A DNA stretch of 61,707 nt, filler included, from Candidatus Omnitrophota bacterium (GCA_043812495.1; 6 parts of 6 records of this genome joined end to end with filler, not necessarily neighbours in it), one strand, 5' to 3'; shown: positions 22,101 through 35,225, numbered from the whole stretch's first letter. Notes: a model not told the origin generated them from the letters alone. Translations and numbers: made by a program.

Positions 22101-25100
22101 TCAAGAGACCGGTCCAGGGAATAGAAAGATATTTTGTGACAAAAGCAGCAGAAAGCGTTCCTCTGCTCAATACGACTTCGACCGCCTCACTTTTTAATAA
22201 GAATGATGACTATCTTGGCAATACCGGAAAAGATGAAACCATGGGTATCGAAGAGCCGCAACTCGAGGTAAAAGAGAAAATCAAATATACGGTCGACACG
22301 CAAGCGGTCAATCATGCTTATGAGATTGTTTATGAGGGAAGCGTCAAAGGAAAGGCCGCCATTGTCCAACCTCTTACGCCCGAAGAAATGGATTATATCA
22401 CCGGCAATATTCTGGAAAATAATGCCTTGCGCTACAAAGGCGTTCGGAAGTTTACCAATCTGGGCGGTCCTGATCAAAAGACCGGAGAAATCCGCTATGG
22501 CTTCCTGCCCATGGCCAACAAATTCATTACGCTTGAAGGCGGAAAAATCATTAGCGATCAGATCGACACGGAAACCGGCAAAAATATCGTGATTGACCTC
22601 AAAAGCGGCGGTTTCAGCCGTGGCTGGGGATATAAATATGATATTGTGAGCCAGGAAAAAGAAGAGCGCATCAATGAGTCGGGACAGGTCAACGATGCCC
22701 CGCGTTTTAATATCGTTCGAAGAGATCCCTCCGGATGGGGCCCGCTGGCAAGCGGAAAAATCTACGCGAGCGACAAACCGGCCTTGCGTGATGCCTATCA
22801 GCAAGTCTTCCGGCAATTGAGTTATGAATACTGGCTCTCAAAACGGACCGATGGATCTCAAATTGTTTCGACCATAAAGAAATTTCTTGGCCTCGGAACG
22901 GATGACAATGGAATAAATAAAGATCAAACCAAGAAAAACAAAGAAAATTTAAGCACCATGGGCACGGTCGTGGATACCCAAAAAGCCACATGGGATGAAA
23001 AGGATTATAGCATTACATTTGATAACGCCCTGCTTGTCTACGGCGATGTGGATACGCGGCGCGATAGCCCGACCTTTGGCCGCGTTATTTTCGAATCCAC
23101 GCTGACCTTACCCGGCACAATCGTCGAGGACCCGGCCATCCTCGACATGAACCTGCTTGAACTGGCAGAAAAGAGAGATTTAATCTGGGGTTCGTCGGTC
23201 AAAGCCAAGATGACATTCTTGGTCAGTCACGATATTATCAAAGACCTCGTAGAAAGAGGCGAACTTCCGGATGATTTTGAGCTCATCGACGAGCCTGTCC
23301 TGATCTCCAGAGATAGAGTTTTGCCCGATGGTTCTGTGAAAACTCTTGAGGCCATCGTGTCGCAAGAAACAGTGAATGATGCCAGGGGCACAGATAGAAA
23401 AGTATTCGGTATTATCCCTACACCAGGCCCTGAATACGCGCATATTATACCCTGGATTGGTTTGTTGTGGACTCCTAAAATACAAGTTCACATCGGAAAT
23501 GAGATCGAAACATTAACATTTGAGCCCAATGATCTTCCGAAATTCTTATCAGACATATCTGATGAACCTGAATCGGAAAGGGTGCCGATAACCGAAGAAC
23601 ATGCCTTAGATTTCAAAGACTTCACATTAAAGAGCGATTACAGATCACCGGGCGATGAGAGCTCCGAGTGGATTTCTTCATTAACCCTGGGCATGGAAAA
23701 CTCCGTAGAAAATGATTTTACGACTTTTGCGCAAGGAAACGCGGGAAGCATAGACGGAAATAATATGGGTAGATTCGCAAGCGTTATGGTCAAAAACGGT
23801 TACACAGAGTTCAGGCCTCTTGTTGAAACGTCCATTCAGCTCAATAGACAAGCCGAAGTAGCCACGATCACAGATATTGGGCTAACGGCTCTGACCATTG
23901 CCGATATAGCCTCTCAATTTTTCGCTCCTCACGCGCCTGTCAGCCCGGCGGCCATCGAAGCGGCCGGCGCAGCCGCTAAATTATCGGCAAGATCGATAGC
24001 CTCAAAAATTTTTGGAAACAGAGTCATGAGTTCCGCTATCGGCAGGTACGCGGCCGATCGGGCTGTCATGACGGGCGCCGCGGTTGCCGGAACAGGCGCG
24101 ATCAATCTCGTTTCCTATCTTCAAGATGGAAAAACCCTGTCCGCGGAAGACAATATTCGCATGGTGGTCGGACTTGTCAGCCAGCAGGCCCTGATAAAAA
24201 ATCTGGAAAAGGCCGTTGAGGCCATCGGCGCTGCCAAAAACCTCAGCCCATTGGCCCAACGTGTCATTGCTTATGGGGCATCAGGGACCATAACAGGCAT
24301 CAATTATGTTGCCGCTGATATAATTTCAGGACAATACAAGGATTCTTCAAACTCTTTGATGAAGAGTTTTGCGACGGGTTTTGGCATCGGCCTTCTGACC
24401 CACGGCGCGGGACGATTATTGACGGGAAAAAGGCCCTTGAAGTTTTTGGAAAAATTAGCCAATCCCAAGACCAAGTTGTATTTTCGGGCTCCGGTCATGG
24501 CCGGTTTATACCTGGCAGCTTTTGAAGCGGCATCATTGCTTCAAACCCACACATTGATCAATCCTTTTGATGAACCTGTCGCGCTTGCTCTGATCGGATT
24601 AGCCGGCGTAGGAACAGGTTTGCTTGGGCCGAGAAGCTTGCTGAACCTTGCAACAAAGATGGGAAAAGAAGGCCAATTGGCGACAACCCTTGCCATCGCC
24701 ACCGGCGCGGCCGGTTTTGCCAACGCCGGCGCCATATGGGAAACCGTCAAAACAACCGGTTTGGATCGTATTGGAATTTTGGGTCACAGCGAAGAAGAAC
24801 TCTATGATCCTTCAGGAAATAAAATAAGCTATCTCTCAAGGCTGGGCGGGGCTTACGCCGGAGGCCTCCAAACCGGCCCTTATATGGGCATGGTAGTCGG
24901 TGGTTTGATGCGAAGCACAACCAATCCCTACTGGGTTGAATCCGGCCTTGCGGGCAGTCCCATTGCTATCGGCAAGGCTGTCTGGAGAGTGAAAAATCCC
25001 CTCAAACTTTTCAATAAATCAATCAGGGAGGAAACATTCGAACACGTTGCGGCAGGCGGCCCTCTGCTGTCGAGAATCCCCGTCATCGGAAAACAGGTCG

Positions 25101-28100
25101 CGAAAATGGACAACCTGTCCATGTTCATCGGTGCCAGCGACGCTATCGAAAGGTATGGCTTGAGCGCTCTTGAGACATACGCTCGCGAGAAATACGGAAT
25201 TAACTTATTCAACGAAGGAGACGAAGGCAAGCAAGCCAAAAGCCACGCCAGTTTCGCGATTACCTTATTCTTATTCGGATCGTATGCTTCAACTCAAGCT
25301 AAAGGTGAGTCTGATATTGTAGGGGCAGGCAAGTATGAGAATGCCAGAAAAGCCGCCGCAGAAGATCCACCAGCTAGAAACAGTCGCGATCGCAATGATC
25401 AGGGTCAACTGGTAGAAGTTGCGCCACCAAGTCCACGAACAACCGAATCATCCCCAAGCGGTCTTGTTGATGCAAGCGGCAATCCTATCCAAAGGGCTAG
25501 CCGTTCAGCTCAACCGACTTTTACCGATACAAACGGAAACACGATTTCTTCGAGCTCGCCATCCATTTTCAAACGCGTTAGACGAACAATAACAGACAGC
25601 AAGCCTGTTCGCTCTATTCGATCACGTTTTATTGAACCTATGGATAGACGCATCCTGCAGGCTCGATCACTACGGGATGCGCGAAAAGCCATTGGCGCAG
25701 TTAAACAATATAAAACCATTGATTCTATCAAAGAGAAATCTGGTTTGAATACGAGGCAAATCGAATTAGCTGAGATGATTCTTGACACAAAGACCGATTT
25801 TGAAAAAAGAACAGGGGAAACATTTGAATTTAATACCAATCAGGCATCTCTTCAAGGCATCGGAATGAGACTGTTTGAAAGATCCTATTCAGGCGCTAAA
25901 AATGTTAGAGAGATCATGAACTGGTTTGCATCAAAAGGAAAATCAACAGCTGCTTTTCCTTTGATGAAAGCCATTGCCAGAAAATATCCCAACGCCAAGG
26001 TTATATTCACGACATCATTTAATAATATCGATGCGGCTCTCAAAGGATTAGAAGGTATTCCTGTTAATCGAATCTTATTTGATGCACAAAACAAACCGAC
26101 AAATCTAAGAAAAGGAATCACAGTCGTTGAAACAAGTGAATTACTCGAATTGGCTGCCCATGAAAAACTGAAAGACACATTTATTATTGCCGACGAACCT
26201 CAAGATGGTTTCCAATCTCCAACACTTGTTTTTGGCAGCGAAAAAGGTCTGGGCAAACAGCTTATTCAAATTGAACAATTCAGAACCCAATATGGAAATG
26301 AACGAAGCTATGATGCTGCTTTATTAAGCATAGCTCGTAGACACGCAGGCGAAATTATCAACAAGACTCTTGAAAGCGGCCATGTTGTGAGAGTCCAATT
26401 CCAATTTAGCGAACCAGCCAAGAGGGCTATTGTTGAGCAATTCAAGAAAACTCCAGAATTCAAACTTACTGAACGAAACGACCAGCAGATCGATGCTTTA
26501 CTGGATGGAGCTGCTGATGCGATCAAAGGTAAAGACATTACCTATCGTGTTAATCAGGACAGTCAAACGGGTCGTATGTCAGGCTATGAAACTATGGAGG
26601 TTCGAAAAGGAAAAGTTGTTAAAAATACTCACTTTGGCGATGAGGGCATGGGCTTAAATGCAAGAGCTCGAATGATTGCTGTTAACGAAAAAGCGCCTTT
26701 AGATGTGTATGTTGATGGCGTGATGAATAAAACTAAATCTGCCACAACCTATAGCGATGCGTTAACACAAGCTGAGGGTTTTATTGGTCTGACAGCGACA
26801 GCGAAAGGATTCAACCCTACCTTCAAAACATTAAGAGCCAATATTTGGAAGATTGGCCGAAAAGGAGAACTCGACATTGCTGATTTATCCGAAAATCTTA
26901 ATATTACCCTTGATTGGCATTCTTCGGGTAAGCCAGAGTCAATTGTTGAAAAAGTGAACAATATTATTCATCCGAGCAATTCAAAGATAGGGAAGTCTAA
27001 GATTCCCAACCTGCTTCTCGTTTCTAATAATGATGCTGCAGTGAGAAAAGCAGTTGCTCTTCGTATGAGTTCAGACCCGAGATTCAAAGACATTGAAATA
27101 CTGGTTGAAGGAAAAGAATTATCTATAAGTAAGATCGAGAGCCGAATTGAATCAAATCCTAACCAAGAACGAGTTGTTATTGCCCAGTTCTATGATGGTG
27201 TCAACCTTGCTAAACAAACAATCAAGGTTGATTCCAATACGCGTGCCCAGGTTGTGCTCACCAATGTTGCTTCCACGGCTGATGCGGTGCAGACATTTTT
27301 GCGTGTCGCAAGCCATGATTCCGTGAGAGGCCGACGCATCAAAGGCCAGGCTGATTACGCAGTCTCTATTCGTGATTTCCGCTTAACACATGTGGAAAGA
27401 GCGGAGTTGATGAAGATTGCTGAAAAGATCGATTCGGCGAATGCAAAAATCGCAAGCTTACAAGAAGGATCAAGGGATTACAAGAAAACATCCAGCGAGA
27501 AATCTGTTCAAGAGGCGCTCTTGCGAAGAAAATTAATCGGCATATCAGATGTTATTCTGGCTGAGACAAATATCAGCAATATCCAAATTGCCTCAAGATC
27601 CAGCCGGGGAACAAAAACACATTCTCGCGATCAACTATTTAAGCTTGTTGAACAATACAATACAGACATTCAAAATAAACGAGATGCTTCTTTCTTAAGA
27701 GATAATACAGGACAGACTTCAGTCAATCGATCCTTACCAAGCAACAAAGGATTTGAAACATATGTGGCGGATGGCAAAGGCAGCGTTAAAGCAATTAGTC
27801 AAACAGCCGTAAGTGCTCCAATTGATTTTACCCATGGTAGCCAATTGATGCCGGGTGAGACGATTAACCATCAGAGCATCTTGTTAGCCAATCAAGCGAT
27901 CCCAGCCAAAATCATTACTCAACAAAATGAAAATGGCGAGGTCGCTCCTGTTAAGTTAATGTACACTACCATTGATCAAAATTCTCAAAATAACACACCA
28001 TTTACGAATGCCTTTGTCCCTATCACCAACAATCAATACACGGTTGATTTTAAGCAGAACATCGCAAGCGATATTCAGGTCACAGGCCGGGTTTTTGAGA

Positions 28101-30267
28101 TTACCGATGTCCAGACAGGTGAGCAGAAATTAGCCGGCTATCGGCTTAAAACCTCCAGAAATTCCACTACACCGCTTGATAAAATCGGTATTCCTTATAC
28201 CAAGGTTGGTGATCAGATCCAGATTTCTCGGGATACCGTGAATAAGCTCATGCCGCATGATCTTATTGAAGACATTTTGAGTGTTGCGCAAAACAAGACA
28301 CTTCAATTTGCATTTTCAACAGATTCGGTTACACCCATCACGGTTGATACCAAAGCAAAAAAAGTCTCAAATACCAAAATTGCCATCGATGCAGCCCGGG
28401 CGAATGTAGAAAAACTTGAACTCATTTTGGATAATACTTCTCTCTTAATTGATCAGGCTGATCAGCTGGGACTTAATCCTGCAGGTATCCAAAGAGATCT
28501 TGCAGATATCCAGGGTACTCGCGATCTCATTAAAGATATGCTTGATAGTCAAAAAGGCAGTAAAAATTTATTCCTTATTGATAGCCAGGTAGCCAATGAT
28601 ATTCCTGCAGCTATCCAGCAGGCGCAAAAACAAGAGGGATTAACCAGCGCAGAAAGTATAGCTTTTGACCTTGGATTTGGCCTCAAAACCTTTGGCGGTC
28701 ACGCAGGGACAAGTCACACTAAAAATCAGCAAAACATCTATCTCTATGGGGCCTCACCTGATTTTGCCGATACCATTGAGCACGAAGGAATCAGTTTGGT
28801 TGCGAATCTCAAGCATGATAAGGCTGTTGCTCTTCAAGGTCGCATTGCCAAGTACCAAAGCCATTTAAGAGGAATTGAGACAAAGGCAGATGTATCAAGC
28901 GATATTGCGTCTGTTTCTTCAGATGTATCCTCAAGCGGCAAGCGTCGGGATCAGGCCTCCTTAGTCGAGGTCGCGGCCCAGCCGCGCATGACAGTGCAAA
29001 CACCCGCAACCGCCCACACCCAGCCCATTACTTCCCTGAATGATCTTTACCGGAGTTCAGGTTTTTTTGAGGCCGTCCAAGCCATTGCCCGGGAAGATGC
29101 CGTCAGCGCTTTAGAGATTATCGATCGATTGACAGCACAGGAAAAGAACAACCTCCATGCCGCGACAGGAGATCAAGTTAACATCGCCCGCATCCGCTTT
29201 AACGCGACCCAAGGCTTGCGCGCCGTAGCCGAGCAGATCATCGAGGATGAACTCCAAGGACTCGAGCCGATTATTCCCTTATGGATTTCGGAAGCGGCGA
29301 ATCAACAACCTATTTCACGGGGAACCAGTGGTATGCCCTCTCCAGCAGCGCCGGTCTTCAATGCACAAAAATTGCAAAAACCTAATTTAACAAATCCACT
29401 CACAACCGAACAGCAAGAATGGTTCCAAGAACTCTATGCATATGCCGAAAGGTTCTCAACAACACATACAGCCATTGGAAAGCTTGGCAGAAATCTGCTT
29501 AACCAAGAAGAAATCCTTGGTCTGTTGGCTGATGAGATTGACGGTCTTGTGCGGCGCTTTGATCCGTCCAGAGGAACTCTTCTCGTCACTCTGGCAGGAC
29601 CCCGGTTTGAAGGAGCTATCAAAGACGCCGTAAGAACGGATAGAGGGCTCAATGAAAAACTTAAATATACTCATTTATCTTTGGCCGACACTCTAGACAG
29701 AAAAGGAGACGATAAGGACCTAACGGTGGAAGCAAGCTTAAAATCCAAAACGGATCCTTATCTCGATCCTTTGATGCAATTAAATGGCGAACGATCAAGG
29801 CTTGAGAGAATCAAGAGTTTTCTCGAGGAACACAATGGACAAATCTACCCAGAAAGGACGAAAGAAGAAGTAAAAAGAATTTTTGGCGTCACAAGGAATA
29901 CGTTAGAAAGTGAAATCAGAAGAACACCCGCCTTAGCCATAGTATTCGATCAACTTAGAGAAGCGCGACCCATCTTAGAAGCACTCGAGAAAGAGGGCAG
30001 AGATACCGGGAAAGCTGCCGAGAGCCTGGGCTTTTCTCATCCGGCTCTCGTCGAAAAGATGGCGGCCAATCCTTATTTAGCTCAGACGCTGGCTGACATA
30101 CAAAGGGTTGAGGCAGAAGCTGAGAGAGAGATTCAAACAATCACGGCCGCTCTCAAAGAAACCGGAGGCATAAAATATAAAACAGCGGAACTATTACGCA
30201 TTAGCGACAAAACTCTTAAAGAAAGAATAGCCAGACACGGCCTTGAAGACCTGGTTATGAATTTGAA
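13118..30267 (+). CDS. Giant protein (>5700 aa, 3' truncated): N-terminal TM/signal, C39 peptidase-like domain, long unknown region, SecA/SF2 helicase-like domain, sigma70 region-2-like segment, tandem Fis-type HTHs
   Basis: WIRTAALIVVLVFVPEQISWA; NCSIYAL...HFVMVTGMDEENVYYTD (Cys/His/Asp); SKGKST, FIIADEPQD, FIGLTATA; VRRFDPSRG...PRFEGAIKDAVR; ALKETGGIKYKTAELLRISDKTLKERI. Confidence 0.85.
13196..13252 (+). repeat. 24-bp tandem repeat encoding GSDDSGFD in the acidic N-terminus
   Basis: GGTTCTGATGACTCCGGWTTTGAY x2 plus a partial copy; a degenerate copy lies at ~13151. Confidence 0.85.
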
Positions 30268-30367
30268 NNNNNNNNNNNNNNNNNNNNNNNNNNNNNNNNN
30301 NNNNNNNNNNNTTAATTAATTAANNNNNNNNNNNNNNNNNNNNNNNNNNNNNNNNNNNNNNNNNNNN

Positions 30368-31560
30368 GACTTGCCGCGTCCAGGTTCACCGTCAAGGATA
30401 AGGAATTTCTGAATCAGGTTATTGCCTAAAAGGCAGAGTCCCGCGTATTTTTGCAAAAGCACGGCATCATCAGGCGTAACTGCCGGATAGAGAAGCTCAT
30501 TTAAAAACCGTTCACACTTAGCCGCGGGGTCAAAAGGTATCGGGCATTGATTGCGTGAATAAAATTCCGGCGAGAATGTGCAGAAGTCCGCGTCCGCGGT
30601 ATCCTTAAACACAATGACACCGTTGGCCAGATGCACGATCGTCTTAAGCCGTTTAAAAGCATTCTTCTTTTCACTGATGCCTTTTAAGTGCGCCACGATG
30701 TGATTGAGACTGCTGTTGGTGCGCTTGCGCTCAAGTGACGGAAGCCCAAGCTCGCGGGAAATCTCAAGGATGCGGCTGGCGATCTCCTGCTTGATGACAT
30801 CTTCGGAAATAACACTGTAAAGACCGGTCGCCGGATCATAGCGGTAAAAGACGCGCTCATCCGGCTCGTATAGCTGAATGTGTTCCGCTTGATGCAGGCT
30901 TGCCCAGAATGCTTGATTAAGCGCTGTCACGCCGCCGTCTTTGGATAGATAATACGGCTCACCGTAACGGCTGATGAGGCCTTGCAATTCAGGATTGATC
31001 ACCGGATCCGGCACTTGCGACAATGCCCAGCGTGGACGGTTATCAACAAGAGAGAGAAGCTCCTCGCGTGTGCCGCCAGCGGAAAGCCAATCAGACACGT
31101 CTTTGATTGTTTCGCCCTCAACATCCGGCATCTCGATCATCTTGACCGGAATGCCCGCAGTGTATAAGTCACTTGCCACATCATACGCGTGTATCCGTCC
31201 GGGTCCGTCTTTATCCGCCAACACAACCGCTTCACAGCATCCATCAAGCGCCTTTGTGTAGGCCGCTTGCCATTTACCCGCGCCCATCGGGCAGGAGGTA
31301 GCCGCAAGGCCTAAAGCGTTCAGATTATCAGCGTCCTTTTCGCCTTCGCAAATAAAGATCGTTTTGCCGTCTTGAATTGCCTGCATCACTTCCGGCAAAT
31401 GGTAAAGAACAGGCTCTACTTCACCTAAGCCCCAGACAAAATCATTGTTAAACGGCCGCCTTTGCGCGAATGACTTGGGCTCAAACCGCACGACCTGAAA
31501 AAGCAGATTGCCGCCCGCGTCCTTATAATCATAAATTTTGCTAATGCGCTGGTTATTCAT
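30368..31560 (-). CDS. Phage/plasmid-type primase: TOPRIM domain fused to a D5/P4-like helicase region (3' truncated)
   Basis: IFICEGEKDAD and LADKDGPG (TOPRIM); HLANG; LQKYAGLCL; ILDGEPGRGK Walker A at the contig break. The likely start ATG at 31560 overlaps the upstream stop. Confidence 0.85.
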
Positions 31561-31720
31561 CTTTACCGTCCTCATTAGAATGGATTGGATATCCCAAGGC
31601 GAACTTGCAGAAGCGGATCAGACGAAGCGCTTGCTCCGTAGCCTCGGCAAAGGAAAGCTCCTTGCCGTAGGCCTGTAAATAAATCTCCTGAAATTCTTCG
31701 ATCGCCTTTTGGGTTAACAT
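31553..31720 (-). CDS. Small hypothetical protein (55 aa) coupled to the primase
   Basis: Translated by hand: MLTQKAIEEFQEIYLQAYGKELSFAEATEQALRLIRFCKFALGYPIHSNEDGKDE*; its stop overlaps the primase ATG. Confidence 0.6.
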   Translation of the reverse strand: MLTQKAIEEFQEIYLQAYGKELSFAEATEQALRLIRFCKFALGYPIHSNEDGKDE

Positions 31721-31864
31721 AAAAAACTCCGTAACATTTTTGCTTACGGAGTAAAGTTTATCGCAGTTTTGTAAGGTTTAAAATTTGCTAAAACACACGA
31801 ATTCCGACGGATGTTTTAGTATTCTGAAAAAGGAATTTTAAGAGGAGTGTTTCAGTAAGGCAGG

Positions 31865-32899
31865 TTATTTTTTAATGCCTTTTTTCTTGTAAAACGCGCG
31901 TAGTCCCCGGGTGGTCTTGCGTGCCTTGGGCAGGATCTCGTCTCGGTGCTTCATATAAAAGCGTTTGTTTCGCGCGGGCTTGCCGCAATCTTTGCCCTCG
32001 GTCTTGTAGGCGCAATATTTACGGCTTTTGTGGAATGGAAAGATATTGCCGCAGAAAGAACACTGTGTGATTTTTTGCTTTTCTTTAAGTTCATCCAGAA
32101 GGTCGTCGAAGAAACGAAAACAGAAATCATAAAACGGCAGAGTACGGTCTTTGACAGCCGCGTTAAACGCGTTCAGCTTGGCGATGTATTGAGTTGAAAC
32201 CGCCTGCGACTTTATCCATTCATATCCCAGCTCGGCGATCTCATTGAGCAACCTTTGATATTCGCGTTTGTCGGTGAAGTTGTAATCGAGGTTGAAATAG
32301 AGGATGTTGAAGACATCGTCAAAGAATAAGCGTTCGATGTCATCCTCATGGAATTCGCTCTCTTTCGCCAGATGATACGCCGGGAGCTGATAAATTCTTT
32401 TTAATTTCCGAAACAGGAGTTTTTCTTTTTCACTGTCCGGGTCCAACACCCTATCCAAACTTATGTCGAGCTTAAGGACAATCGCGTCTTTATTGTTGCG
32501 AATGGAGTTTAAGAGATACGGCGTCTCCTGAATACCAAAGTCCTTGAGGCTAATCTCAACCGGTTTGTTCTTTGCCTTGTCTTGCAGGAGTTTCAGGAAT
32601 TCGGATTTTGTCCTTCCAATGAAAGTCCCCAGCCGGGTATATTCAAGGCGTTCATCATCAAGATCAATGCTCTTGGCATAGGCGTCATTGATTAAGGCGA
32701 ATATCCTGAAATGATAAACCGCATGGCCGTAGCCTTTGGGGAGTGAGGAGTCTTCGATATTGTCATGCAGTTCAACCACCTGCCCGCGCGGATGATACCC
32801 TTTGTATTTCTGCGGGCAGAATATCTCAACCGGGTCTTGAAACTGAAGGGTGATATCTTCCGGTTTCTTAAACTTTATCTTGAGCTCTCGTTTCGTCAT
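31865..32899 (-). CDS. Hypothetical protein with C-terminal CGNR-like zinc finger
   Basis: 344-aa ORF; CSFCGNIF...RKYC...DCGKPARNKRFY followed by a basic tail. Confidence 0.65.
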   Translation of the reverse strand: MTKRELKIKFKKPEDITLQFQDPVEIFCPQKYKGYHPRGQVVELHDNIEDSSLPKGYGHAVYHFRIFALINDAYAKSIDLDDERLEYTRLGTFIGRTKSEFLKLLQDKAKNKPVEISLKDFGIQETPYLLNSIRNNKDAIVLKLDISLDRVLDPDSEKEKLLFRKLKRIYQLPAYHLAKESEFHEDDIERLFFDDVFNILYFNLDYNFTDKREYQRLLNEIAELGYEWIKSQAVSTQYIAKLNAFNAAVKDRTLPFYDFCFRFFDDLLDELKEKQKITQCSFCGNIFPFHKSRKYCAYKTEGKDCGKPARNKRFYMKHRDEILPKARKTTRGLRAFYKKKGIKK

Positions 32900-33036
32900 G
32901 GGTAACCTTAAATTTATGGTAGTAATACTAAATCTTTTATATTATAATGTTTTATACCCTTTTTGTAAATAAGAATGGCTTGCGGGTGGTGCTATTAACA
33001 GGATGTTGTGACCACCGGGAAGCGGGAAGATAGGAT

Positions 33037-34770
33037 ATGTCTAAAGAAGCCCAAGCAAGAATCAAGATTAATAAACTATTGGAAGAATCCGGTTGGCGGT
33101 TTGATGCCGATGAAAATGGGTCGGCAAACATTCAACTTGAAGCAGGCGTCAGGTTTGAGGATTTGGGCGATGACTTTGAGAATGCCCAAACTCACGATAA
33201 GAGACGCGGAGCAATCGATTTTCTATTAATTGATAAGGATGGCCGCCCATTGGTTGTTGTGGAGGCTAAAAAAGAATCTATTGAGCCATTGTCTGCCAAA
33301 GAGCAGGCTCGTAATTACGCCCGCAATGTTGGCGCCCGATTTATCATTCTTTCAAACGGAAACATTCATTATCTTTGGGATACCAAACACGGTACGCCCA
33401 GCCCTATTGTTCGATTCCCCTCACAGGATTCCATTACGCAATATGAAACATATGTTCCTCAGCCCGATGTGCTGGCAGAAACGCCGGTTGATGAAAATTA
33501 TGTGATCGCGACTCAGATGCCTGCCTTTGCCAATGATCCTGATTTTCAGGATGAGGCCAAGCGTCCTGATTTTCTGCATCGCCACAACCTGAAACAATTA
33601 CGCCCATATCAAGTCAAAGCGATAAAAAGCCTGCAACAGTCCGCTCAAAAGGGAAATATGCGATTCCTCTTTGAAATGGCCACAGGAACGGGAAAGACCC
33701 TTGTCTCGGCGGCAGTCATCAAATTGTTTCTCAAGTCCGGCAATGCCAAGCGTATTCTGTTTTTGGTTGATCGTCTGGAACTGGAAGATCAGGCTCACAA
33801 GGCTTTTCAGAATTACCTCGGCAAAGATTACACAGCTGTCATTTATAAAAAGAATCGCGATGACTGGCGAAAGGCAGATATTGTTGTCTCAACGATCCAA
33901 TCATTTCTGGCTGGCGATCGTTACAAAAAAGAATTTTCCCCTACTGATTTTGAGTTCATCATTTCAGATGAGGCCCACCGTTCCATCAATGGCAACAGCC
34001 GCGCGGTATTTGAATATTTTGTGGGATATAAGCTGGGATTAACGGCTACACCAAAGAATTATTTAAAAGGTTATGACCATACCGGCCCTAGTACACAAAG
34101 GGATTTTGAGCGGCGCCAGTTGCGAGATACGTATAAAACGTTTGGATGTGAGCCGGGCGAGCCGACCTTCAGTTATGATCTTCTTTCCGGTGTTAAAGAT
34201 GGGTACCTTGTCAACCCGACTCTTGTCGATGTGCGGACAGAGATCACAACCCAGCTTTTATCTGATGAAGGTTATGCTGTGCATGTGGTTGATGATGAAG
34301 GCAATGAGAGTGACGAAAAATATACCCACCGGGATTTTGAGAGAAAATTCTTTAACGAGGAAACAAACATTGCCATGTGCAAGGCTCTGGTGGAGAACGG
34401 TTTTCTCGATCCGGTTGCCAAACAATTCGGCATTGATTTGTTCGGGAAAACCATTGTTTTCTGTGTTTCCCAAGCGCATGCCGCAAGGATCACTAACATT
34501 TTAAACAAGATGGCGTTGGAACGATGGCCAAGCGTTTATGGACAGTCTGACTTTGCGGTTCAGGTCACCTCTTGGGTGCAGGGCGCACAGCAAATGACCA
34601 TCAATTTCGCGAATAACTTGTTAGGCGGTAAAGTGAGACAGCCGGATGGTTATGATTCAGGCAAGACACGTGTTTGCGTGACTGTCGGTATGATGACCAC
34701 CGGATATGACTGTCAGGATATTTTGAATCTTGCCTTAATGCGTCCCGTATTCAGTCCGTCAGACTTTGTG
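33037..34770 (+). CDS. hsdR: Type I restriction enzyme R subunit (EcoEI-like DEAD helicase), 3' truncated
   Basis: EAQARIKINKLL; IDFLL...VEAK nuclease motif; MATGTGKT; DEAHRS; GLTATP; MMTTGYD. Confidence 0.85.
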
Positions 34771-34870
34771 NNNNNNNNNNNNNNNNNNNNNNNNNNNNNN
34801 NNNNNNNNNNNNNNTTAATTAATTAANNNNNNNNNNNNNNNNNNNNNNNNNNNNNNNNNNNNNNNNNNNN

Positions 34871-35081
34871 TGTAATAATAACCTACGTCATAGTGATGAT
34901 AATAGAATTCGCTGGCATTGTGCCCCCAGCGGAATTCTTCCTCAAATGTTATTTTAGAATCCTTGCTAACTTTAACTTCTTCTACATCTGTATTCCATAT
35001 TTGAAAATCACCATCATCGTAAGCATAAACTTTTGTTGTTATGAGTAGGGCTAACCCGACACTTACAAAAATCCTCTTCAT
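34871..35081 (-). CDS. DUF2490-like outer-membrane beta-barrel protein, 3' truncated
   Basis: Signal peptide followed by YDDGDFQIWNT...EEEFRWG; AAAGGAG RBS. Confidence 0.55.
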
Positions 35082-35225
35082 GACGTATTCTCCTTTCACA
35101 ATAACGATTTTCTTTCGACTCAACTAAAATGCACAGCGCCTATAGCAAGCCAAACGGATAAACAGATCACCTCCCTCCCCGCCGACAGGCTTCATTTCAA
35201 TTCTGAAAAAGTATATAATGAGGGT

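Noticed and set aside
14207..30140. Many short antisense or alternate-frame ORFs within giant gene 2
   Set aside because: None shows a recognisable motif or expression signals; they are typical shadow ORFs.
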